From Rubripirellula sp. (GTDB taxonomy: Bacteria; Planctomycetota; Planctomycetia; Pirellulales; Pirellulaceae): DNA of 64,000 bases. Positions 47,903 to 56,009 of the stretch are shown one piece after another. The stretch spans positions 7,584,001-7,648,000 of the forward strand of contig OZ244207.1 of the NCBI GenBank assembly GCA_965216875.1, in the 5' to 3' direction. The translations under genes were made by a program, and so were the position numbers. The notes under the pieces were generated by a model. The model was not told the DNA's origin and made no database searches. It was given only the letters and a program-made list of their open reading frames with translations. Position 1 is the first letter of the stretch, and every line of letters begins with the position of its first letter.

Positions 47903-50766
47903 ACGATTCAACGTCATCTTCGAGACGTCGGTTCCTTCGCCTTGGACTGGCTGTGGGTGCAGCCGCCACTGTGATCGAATCGGGGTGCGCGAAAGAGAAC
48001 GCCCAAGCCGATCGCAATTCGAACGGCAGTACCGACGATTCGTCAAACAAGCCGGACGTTGCGTCGACGCCTTTGGTGGTCGATATCGAAAAGTGGAATC
48101 AAATCAAAGGTGAACCCTATCGCATCGGTGCGTTCGGGCCGATGCCTGGTGTTTGCAAATTGCCGGGCCCGAACGCCAAACGCAACTGGCCAGATCGTGA
48201 CAAGTACAAAGATGTCAGCAAGGTGCCTGGCATGTGCCAGCTTTGCAGTACCATTTGCGGCATTGTTGGCATTGTCAAAGACGGACGCCTGATCAAGGTC
48301 GAAGGGAACCCGAACGATCCCAACAGCCGTGGCCACCTTTGTGCGCGCGGCCAGGCAGCTCTCAATCACCAATACCATCCCGAGCGTTTGTTGTATCCGC
48401 TCAAGCGTGTTGGTGAACGCGGTGAGGGGAAATGGAAGCGTATCACGTGGGACGAAGCGCTCGATGAAATCGCCGAAAAGCTCAAGGCCGTTCGCGACAG
48501 TGGCAAGCCTGAAGAGTTTGCCTTCCACCAAGGGCGTCAACGCAGCAAGGATGCGCTGAAGCGTTTTCTCGACGCGTTTGGCACAAGCACACAGTTGAGC
48601 CATCGTTCGTTGTGCTCGGGCAATCGACGCGCTGCGAACCTGACCTACCTATGGGAAAGCGATTGGGATCTCAACGACGTCGAAAACAGTAAGTACATCT
48701 TGAATTTTGGTTCCAATGTTTTCGAAGCCCATCAGGGGCACATCCCGTTTGTGAACCGCGTGCAAAAGGGGCGGTTCGAAGGAGGTGCCAAACTGGTCAC
48801 CTTTGATGTGCGACTTTCCAACACAGCTGGCGGAAGCGATGAATGGTTTGCGCCGTTTCCAGGAACCGATGGTGCGATCGCGCTCGCGATGTCGCATGTG
48901 ATTCTTGCCGAAGGGCTGCACGATCAGGCGTTCCTGGAAACCTGGACCAACGTTTCCATTGATGAACTTCGCGAGCATTTGAAGCCGTACACCCCTGATT
49001 GGGCTCAACAGGTCAGTGGTGTTGCTGCGTCGGATATTCGACGCATCGCGATCGAGTTTGCAAAAGCGGCACCGGCGGCAACCACCATTTGCAATCGCGG
49101 CAGCTCGGCCCATTTGAATGGTTTCTACAACGACCGCGCGATCGGTCTGCTCAATGCGGTCGTTGGCAGCGTTGGCAAAAAGGGTGGGTGGTGTTGGTCG
49201 CCGTGGGGAGGACTCGATCCCGTCGTCAAGACGCCCGCGATGCCGCCCCGAGCAAAGACGCATAGCGTTCTTGAAGACCCGCCCGAATATCCGTTGGCGA
49301 ACGTTTGGCGGCGGATGCGGGTCGGCGAGATCGTGTACCTGTACCTGCTGCAAGGCCGCGCGAAACTGCAGGCCTACATGACATACAACCTCGACGCGCC
49401 AATCACTTGGCCCGAAGAGAGTATGACGCAACAGGTGCTCAGCGACGAAAAGCTGATCAACTTCCACGTCTGCATCAATGCGTTTTACAACGAAACGGCT
49501 CACTTTGCCGACATCGTTTTGCCCTGGTCGACCTACTTGGAACGATGGGATTTGGATGCGCGTGGCGGGTACAACCTAAGGCCCTACGTCGGTCTGCGCA
49601 GTCCCATGGTCAAGCCGCTTGGGCAGTCGAAGGACGTGCGCGAATTCTTTCCTGAACTCGCGCGGCGAATTGGCGGAGGGATGGAGGAGTGGTATCCCGA
49701 AAACGATGTTCGCGAGTACATGGAATCGTGGGCTTCGAACGTGCCTGAAAACCCCGAGACCGGAAAGGCGGGGCTTGAACGCCTGCTGGATGAGGGTGTT
49801 TGGGAAGCCGATCGAGAACCCTTCTATGAACCCTACAATCAACCGCTTTCGGAAGATGAACTTCAAGGCAGCCAAGTCGATGACGAAGGTGTTATTACGA
49901 AAGAGGGTGTCGGCATCGGCCTGATGGTCGACGGAAAAGCCGTTCGTGGTTTCAAGACACCGAGCCGCAAATTCGAAGTGCGTAGTGCTTTCGTCGCAGA
50001 CATCGGCAAGAACAAAGATTGCAGTGATCTGATCGCGCGAAGTGGCGTCACCAAAACGTCGAACCGTCACGAGACGCATGAGGGCAACGACCTTGTGATC
50101 GATGCCATGCCAACGTGGTTCCAGCCCGAGGAGTTGCAGGACCTTGACGACAACGAATTGGTGATGACCAGTTTCAAATGGAACGTTCACAATCACGGTC
50201 GAACGATGAACTTGAAGTGGTTGGCCGAGATCGTGCATAGCAACCCGGCATGGCTCAACCCGCAAACGGCGGAATCGTTAGGTTTGAAGAATGGCGACTG
50301 GATCGAGGTGACGTCGTACTTCTCGAAGGAGGTCGAAAAACAATCGCCACACCTGCGACGCGACGACTTGCCACTTGAACGCGGACGCCGCAAGGTTTCT
50401 TCGATGCGTGTTCCGATTGTCACGATGGAAGGCATCCATCCGCGCGTGATCGCGATGAGCAACAGTTGTGGTCACACTCAATACACCTCCGTCGCTCAAG
50501 CAAAGAAGGAAGCTCCCGATGCGTCTTCGCTGGCGGGATGTGATACCAAGACCTACGCTGACCCCGATTGGCAGCGCAACATGTGGTGGGAAGACCATTC
50601 CGGTGGCGATCCAGCCAAATGGGTCAGGAATACGGGGAACGGTTGGAACCAGAACAAACTGATGCCAATCTCGCCCGACCCGATCAGCGGACAACAGGCT
50701 TTTCATGACACCGTCGTCTCGATCCGCAAGGTCGGCGAAACCGAGTCGGTTGAGACGACCGCGTGA
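47899..50766 (+). CDS. Molybdopterin (bis-MGD) oxidoreductase catalytic subunit of the PsrA/ArrA/TtrA-type group; substrate unknown
   Basis: GTG 47899 with AAGGAG RBS; RRRFLR Tat; CQLCSTIC..LCARG; RLLYPLKR; PGTDGA; ADIVLP..YLER. Confidence 0.9.
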   Translation: MNDSTSSSRRRFLRLGLAVGAAATVIESGCAKENAQADRNSNGSTDDSSNKPDVASTPLVVDIEKWNQIKGEPYRIGAFGPMPGVCKLPGPNAKRNWPDRDKYKDVSKVPGMCQLCSTICGIVGIVKDGRLIKVEGNPNDPNSRGHLCARGQAALNHQYHPERLLYPLKRVGERGEGKWKRITWDEALDEIAEKLKAVRDSGKPEEFAFHQGRQRSKDALKRFLDAFGTSTQLSHRSLCSGNRRAANLTYLWESDWDLNDVENSKYILNFGSNVFEAHQGHIPFVNRVQKGRFEGGAKLVTFDVRLSNTAGGSDEWFAPFPGTDGAIALAMSHVILAEGLHDQAFLETWTNVSIDELREHLKPYTPDWAQQVSGVAASDIRRIAIEFAKAAPAATTICNRGSSAHLNGFYNDRAIGLLNAVVGSVGKKGGWCWSPWGGLDPVVKTPAMPPRAKTHSVLEDPPEYPLANVWRRMRVGEIVYLYLLQGRAKLQAYMTYNLDAPITWPEESMTQQVLSDEKLINFHVCINAFYNETAHFADIVLPWSTYLERWDLDARGGYNLRPYVGLRSPMVKPLGQSKDVREFFPELARRIGGGMEEWYPENDVREYMESWASNVPENPETGKAGLERLLDEGVWEADREPFYEPYNQPLSEDELQGSQVDDEGVITKEGVGIGLMVDGKAVRGFKTPSRKFEVRSAFVADIGKNKDCSDLIARSGVTKTSNRHETHEGNDLVIDAMPTWFQPEELQDLDDNELVMTSFKWNVHNHGRTMNLKWLAEIVHSNPAWLNPQTAESLGLKNGDWIEVTSYFSKEVEKQSPHLRRDDLPLERGRRKVSSMRVPIVTMEGIHPRVIAMSNSCGHTQYTSVAQAKKEAPDASSLAGCDTKTYADPDWQRNMWWEDHSGGDPAKWVRNTGNGWNQNKLMPISPDPISGQQAFHDTVVSIRKVGETESVETTA

Positions 50767-51347
50767 ACGACAACGATGTCCATGCGATAAGCAATGTCTA
50801 CGCTTTTCTCTCGCGGTTGTGGCTGCGCGAGATCGATTTGCTATGGCTCGGTGAGCTTGAGAGCAATCGGGCGTTTCGCGATGCGTACACCCAACTCGGG
50901 GGAATGATCCCCGGCGAATCCGAACTTGAGGAGCTTGCCGCCGACTACTGCCGAATCTTTGTCGGTCCGAAAGGACACGTCGTCCCGATTCAATCGGTCT
51001 GGGAGAGCCAACAGCTGCAAACGGCAACGAGCAGCTCGGTGGAACAGTTCGCAAAACTCGTTGGTTTCGACCTCGAATCGATCGGTGATGGTGCCTTGGC
51101 CGACCATCTAGGGGTGGAATTGGCGATCATGGGGCACACCGTCGGCCAGATCTCGGCCGATGCGAATGCGGCGTCGACGGTGAGCGAAGTCTGCGCAGCA
51201 TTCTTTCGCCAACACCTCGATTGGACGCCTCGGATGTTGACCGCTGCTGCCCCCTTGGCCGAAGATGGTTTCTACGGCGCGGTGATCAAAATGACGCAAG
51301 AATTCCTCAAGGGTGAACGTCAGGTTTGGATCGACGCCGCGTCGTGA
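50763..51347 (+). CDS. TorD/DmsD-family chaperone
   Basis: DY.RIF.GP....P..SV, DHLGVEL, FF.QHL.W. Confidence 0.9.
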   Translation: MNDNDVHAISNVYAFLSRLWLREIDLLWLGELESNRAFRDAYTQLGGMIPGESELEELAADYCRIFVGPKGHVVPIQSVWESQQLQTATSSSVEQFAKLVGFDLESIGDGALADHLGVELAIMGHTVGQISADANAASTVSEVCAAFFRQHLDWTPRMLTAAAPLAEDGFYGAVIKMTQEFLKGERQVWIDAAS

Positions 51348-51383
51348 CTGATCACCGCGAGTATCGCCACAAGGCAAGCACTG

Positions 51384-51659
51384 ATGAAAGAGCTTCTCGA
51401 ACCGTACGTTGGCCAATCGATTGGTACGAATGTTGTGCGTCCCAATCACATTGAACCTGCGAACCTCGTCACCGTGGGAAACGACTACTTTTCGTTGAAA
51501 CCCGAGGGAGCCGACGAGGTCTATCACATCCCCTTTGGGAACATCGTCAAGATCATCGAGAACCCTGACGGGATCACCATTAAAGAGATGTTTCATCGGC
51601 GGCATTCTTTTCAGCTCGTCGTCAAGGTCGGCCACGTGGTCGAATACGTGCCGATGTAA
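51384..51659 (+). CDS. Small hypothetical protein, possible Sm-like beta fold
   Basis: LEPYVGQSI..L..VG.DYF....HIPF.NI pattern. Confidence 0.6.
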   Translation: MKELLEPYVGQSIGTNVVRPNHIEPANLVTVGNDYFSLKPEGADEVYHIPFGNIVKIIENPDGITIKEMFHRRHSFQLVVKVGHVVEYVPM

Positions 51660-51760
51660 GCGAGCATCGCAACGGATCTTGGATGACGAGGGCACAAGAT
51701 CCGTAATTGGGGACCCATCGATGCGCTGCGATCGAGGCAGAACTAGGCAGCAAATGAATC

Positions 51761-53344
51761 ATGCAACAACCTGACTTTTTGACGACAGACAAGTTGGTTC
51801 CCTGGGCGTGGGGCAAAGGGAACGATGTTTGGGGAATGTTTCGCGCCGCCGCTCATGGTGAGCTTGCCGAACTTGAACGCTTGGTTGCCAGAGATGAGAC
51901 GCTTACGCGTTGTCTGTGTTCCTATCGTGCGCCACTGCACTTTGCCGTGCGTGAAAACCAGATCGAAGCCGCCGAGTGGTTGATCCAACAAGGCGCCGAC
52001 GCAACCTATGTGTCAGGGCAAGACTGGCATGATTCGCCGCTGCAAATGGCACGAGACCGAGGGTATGTCGAATTGGCCAAGCGGCTTGAACATCATCTCC
52101 AAGAGCGATTCGGAATCGGCGAGGCGGGCGAACAGATTGCGGCGGCGATCCGGCAGCGTGACACGGAACTCGCGCAAAGCCTTGTCGCTCAGCACGGGCC
52201 GCATGTTGCGGACCAGCGTGGCAATCAACCCATTCACTGGGCCGTAATGACCCGGCAAACCGATCTCATACGGTACTTGCTCAAGAACGCCGCGAACATC
52301 AATGCCATGCGGCCCGACGGCGCTCGGCCGTTGGATTTGACCAACGGTGATTACTGGTACCGTGGTTGGCGAGACTCACATGACGACGCGGTGCGTAACC
52401 ACTGGGTCATTGCTGGTTTTCTGATGGCCAAGGGAGCCGATTACGATCTGACAACCGCGTGTCGCATCGGAGACATGGCTCGCGTTCGCGAACTGGTTGA
52501 AGCCGATCCCGGATTGGCTTATCGCGAACCTGACTACATCACCTGGTACTCGGGATACGCGCTGCGCAGTGCCGTTGCAGGCGGCTATTCCGAAATCGTC
52601 AAATTCCTTTTGCTCAAAGGGTTTGATCCCAACTTCAAGGAGCAGTACCTCGCGCCCCATGGAGCTTCGTTGTACGAAGCGGTCGCGACCAAGCACCGCG
52701 ATCTCATTGAGTTGCTGCTTGGACACAACGCAAACCCCAATCAAGAAGTCGAATCCTCTGGAAGTTGTCTCTACCGCGCTGACGCCGAGACGCAAAAGCT
52801 ACTGCGCAAGCATGGTGCCATCTGGGACTTCTTTGGATGCTGCTATGAAGAAGGGCATGTCGAGGACTTGGCGGTGCGTTTTCAGCGTGATCCCTCTGAG
52901 GCAAACGACGCAGGGGCGTTTGCGATGGTTGCCAGTCGTGGCGATCGTGAAATGGCCGACTTGTTTCTTGAATACGAAAGTGATCTATGGAAGCGCATGC
53001 CAACCTCGGCTGGAAACAGTGGTGAGGTGTTTCGCTGGATGCTGGAACAGGGCATGCAGCTTGATCAACCTGATTGGCAGGGTGTGCACGCGCTGCACTA
53101 TGCGACCGATATCGAAACCATGTCGCGGCTGCTCGATGCCGGGGCTGAAATCGATCACGTCGATGCGGAACATCAATCGACGCCACTTGGCTGGGCAGCA
53201 CGTCGTGGGAATGTGCCCATTGTGCAATTCCTGCTCGATCGAGGGGCCGATCCAAAGGGCGCTGGAGCCGAATGGGCGCAGCCTCGTGAGTGGGCACTGC
53301 GACGCGGACACACCGACGTCGCTGAATTGCTGAACGCCTCCTAG
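51761..53344 (+). CDS. Ankyrin-repeat protein
   Basis: PLHFAV, PLQMA, PIHWAV, TPLGWAA..GADP repeats. Confidence 0.88.
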   Translation: MQQPDFLTTDKLVPWAWGKGNDVWGMFRAAAHGELAELERLVARDETLTRCLCSYRAPLHFAVRENQIEAAEWLIQQGADATYVSGQDWHDSPLQMARDRGYVELAKRLEHHLQERFGIGEAGEQIAAAIRQRDTELAQSLVAQHGPHVADQRGNQPIHWAVMTRQTDLIRYLLKNAANINAMRPDGARPLDLTNGDYWYRGWRDSHDDAVRNHWVIAGFLMAKGADYDLTTACRIGDMARVRELVEADPGLAYREPDYITWYSGYALRSAVAGGYSEIVKFLLLKGFDPNFKEQYLAPHGASLYEAVATKHRDLIELLLGHNANPNQEVESSGSCLYRADAETQKLLRKHGAIWDFFGCCYEEGHVEDLAVRFQRDPSEANDAGAFAMVASRGDREMADLFLEYESDLWKRMPTSAGNSGEVFRWMLEQGMQLDQPDWQGVHALHYATDIETMSRLLDAGAEIDHVDAEHQSTPLGWAARRGNVPIVQFLLDRGADPKGAGAEWAQPREWALRRGHTDVAELLNAS

Positions 53345-53360
53345 TCTGAGGTTTTTCGGG

Positions 53361-53792
53361 TCACTTGCCCTTGAGCACCATGACGGTGCAATGAGCCAGG
53401 CGGACGACACGCTCGGCAACCGACCCAATCAGCAAGTGTTTCAAGAACCCAAGGCCGTGAGACGAAATCACGATCAGGTCGGCACTCTCGCGGTCAGCGT
53501 AACTTACGATTTCACGACCGGGATCGCCCACGCAGGCATGGGCAACGACGCCACTGTACTTGGCATCGGATAGCCTTTGCTGCATGTGGTGTTGCGCGTT
53601 TTCGATTCGCGCCTCGTCGGTTACTTTGCCGTACAGAACGCCCGGTTCCATCACGCTTAGCGGCGGAATCACATGGATCATGTGAATGGCGGTGCCTTCG
53701 GTCGCGATTTGCATCGCCCGCTCGAGGGCTTCGATCGACAATTCGCTGAAGTCGACCGGGACAATGATCTTTTGCGGTTCGTAATTCGTCAT
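53361..53792 (-). CDS. Universal stress protein
   Basis: IIVPVDFSELS, GDP...I, DLIVISSHG, LIGSVAERVVR. Confidence 0.95.
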   Translation of the reverse strand: MTNYEPQKIIVPVDFSELSIEALERAMQIATEGTAIHMIHVIPPLSVMEPGVLYGKVTDEARIENAQHHMQQRLSDAKYSGVVAHACVGDPGREIVSYADRESADLIVISSHGLGFLKHLLIGSVAERVVRLAHCTVMVLKGK

Positions 53793-53848
53793 CGCATTGC
53801 TCCAAATTGCACGGAAAGTCGGGCTTCCCAAAAGTCGAGAGCCAAACG

Positions 53849-53864
53849 TGCAAACAGAGTGCCG
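53849..53864 (-). promoter_or_regulatory. Sigma-54 promoter candidate
   Basis: Minus strand CGGCACTCTGTTTGCA (GG-N10-GC), 57 bp upstream of the USP ATG. Confidence 0.7.
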
Positions 53865-53875
53865 AACCGCGATGT

Positions 53876-55303
53876 TTAGTCCACGAATTCTTCGAGTTGC
53901 TGACAGCAGGTTTGACTGCGCAATTTGTTAATTGCCCGACGTTCGATCTGACGAATTCGCTCTCGCGTGACATGGAAAATGTGGGCCACATCTGCGAGCG
54001 TGTAACAATGCCCGTCACCGAAGCCAAACCGCAGTTTGATGATTTCGCGTTCACGCCAAGTCAGCTTGGCCTCAAGCAGTGAATCAAGACGATGACCAAG
54101 CGTCTGCAAACTGATACCTTCGATCGGATCTTCATCGCTTCGTTGTTGAATCAGGTCACCAAGATCAAGATCGCCGTCTGTGGACGATGGCTGATCGAGA
54201 CTCGCCGTGCCACGATTGAGCCCCATCACCATGTTGGCTTCTTGTGAAGTGGTACCGGCTGCGAGGGCCAGCTCTTCGTCACTCGGGCGATGACCGAGTT
54301 CGTGGTAGAGGCTGGCGTAGATGCCTCGCACGCGCGCGATTTCGCCGGTCATGTGCGTCGGCACACGAATCATGTGACTCTTTTCCGTAATCGCGCGCGT
54401 GATGGCTTGGCGAATCCACCAAGTCGCGTAGGTACTGAATTTGAACCCACGTCGGTATTCGAATTTCTCGACCGCCCGCATCAGACCCGCATTCCCCTCT
54501 TGGATCAGGTCGATAAGTGATAGTCCGCGGTTTTGATACTTCTTGGCCAGCGACACAACAAGACGCAAGTTGCCCTCGGTCAATTTCTGTTTGGCGAGAG
54601 TGTATCGTCGGTGGGCCCGGCGCAAGCGTCCCACGAGTCTGGAAAAGCTTGCCGGGGTCTGTTGTAGGCGGTGGATCGTCTCTTGGAATTCGACCTGTTC
54701 CTCCGAGTTGCCTCGTGCCCGGCCACATTGCAGGCGACTGGTCAACTGGCTGAGCCGTTTTTCCATGTCGACCAATTCGTCGAGGTGCGGTTCGAGGTAG
54801 TCGATCCTCAATCCCAGTTCTTCGACAAGAGCGATCGCATGGCGACGCCGTGACTGTAATTGTTGCCATGCTGCTTTCTTGGCGCGAACCGAGCGATTCA
54901 CATCGGCAACGGTGGCAAAGTCGATCTGATTCTTGTCCAGCAACCCTTCGAGTGTGCGAAGGTTTTGTGGCATCCGGCCATGAATCTTTTCTTTGTCCAA
55001 GTCATCGCTGAGTGCGACTTGCAGCGTGCGGTCAAATGCAAGTTCACGCCGGTGGACCTTGCCGACGAGATCAACGGCTTCACGCAACACGTGATCACAC
55101 TGCATGATCAGGCTTCGAAAGGTCTTTCGGTTCAATTCGATGCGGCGGGCAAGTGAGATCTCCTCGTCACGCGTCAGCAGAGGGAAGGCTCCCATTTGGC
55201 CCAGGTAAAGCTGCAACGAATCATCCGCACCTGAACCAGCGCCGCCCTCACGGACGACTTCGACTTGGGTGAAGGTCTTTGGTGATTCACTGATGGCGAT
55301 CAT
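53876..55303 (-). CDS. RpoD/SigA-family alternative sigma-70 factor lacking region 1.1
   Basis: [63 protein letters not shown]. Confidence 0.93.
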   Translation of the reverse strand: MIAISESPKTFTQVEVVREGGAGSGADDSLQLYLGQMGAFPLLTRDEEISLARRIELNRKTFRSLIMQCDHVLREAVDLVGKVHRRELAFDRTLQVALSDDLDKEKIHGRMPQNLRTLEGLLDKNQIDFATVADVNRSVRAKKAAWQQLQSRRRHAIALVEELGLRIDYLEPHLDELVDMEKRLSQLTSRLQCGRARGNSEEQVEFQETIHRLQQTPASFSRLVGRLRRAHRRYTLAKQKLTEGNLRLVVSLAKKYQNRGLSLIDLIQEGNAGLMRAVEKFEYRRGFKFSTYATWWIRQAITRAITEKSHMIRVPTHMTGEIARVRGIYASLYHELGHRPSDEELALAAGTTSQEANMVMGLNRGTASLDQPSSTDGDLDLGDLIQQRSDEDPIEGISLQTLGHRLDSLLEAKLTWREREIIKLRFGFGDGHCYTLADVAHIFHVTRERIRQIERRAINKLRSQTCCQQLEEFVD

Positions 55304-55857
55304 GGCTATTCCACCAGCGCCGAAGCTTCACCTCGAACGCACGGGATCGCCCGAGGATACTGACGGCGGCTGGACTTGGTTGTCGGTCAGAGGGATGACC
55401 TCGCCCCCAAATCGCCGGTGTTGGGTCGCCATCGGGGGAGCCAGGTCCATTGGCGCGGTGTGATGCGATGCCGCCGAGAATTTAGAGCCGAGGTCGGTTC
55501 GATCGAATTCTATGGGCGTTTGCAATTCGGGCAACAAAAGAGAACCTGCCTAACGTTGGCCCATAACGAGCAAGACACTTGGGCGTTGAAAGGAACAGCT
55601 CATTCTCGAGAACCACGACGGTTGTTGTGTCGGCTTGGCAACGAACAAACGCATCGGGTGCGGCAAAATGGGTCAAGGGTCGAGCATCCCTTCAAGCCAT
55701 GATTAGGGTCGACACTTTGGACACTGTGTCACCCAATGGTGTGATACCCCTGCCAGCCGTTTGGTGAAGAGAGCGGACGCTACGCTCGTAGCTCGGAAAA
55801 GGTTCCTCGAAAAAAACGAGATCTTGTCGCTTTTCTGATGGTTGGGGTTTGGGCAAT

Positions 55858-56002
55858 GTCGCCTTTCGCTCCGCGAAAGTTGCGAGCTCCCTGTTCGTAG
55901 CTACCATCGCCAGAAGGTGGAATCCTCTGGAAGACCGGTCGCTATAGCACCACGCTCTGGCGAGCGTAGCTACGGCTGATGAGGCCCGACGCTAGCGCGT
56001 TC
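55858..56002. repeat. REP mosaic: inverted copy of the 25-kb module plus a further hairpin
   Basis: ctttcgctccgcgaaag hairpin; GTAGctaccatcgccagaaggtgg ... ccacgctctggcgagcgtagCTAC (55897-55973); ggcccgacgctagcgcgttc. Confidence 0.85.
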
Positions 56003-56009
56003 ACGCGCA

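Noticed and set aside
47899..50766. Naming the enzyme arrA, arxA, ttrA or psrA, or invoking selenocysteine
   Set aside because: Active-site flanks do not match any of these convincingly by eye; no in-frame TGA
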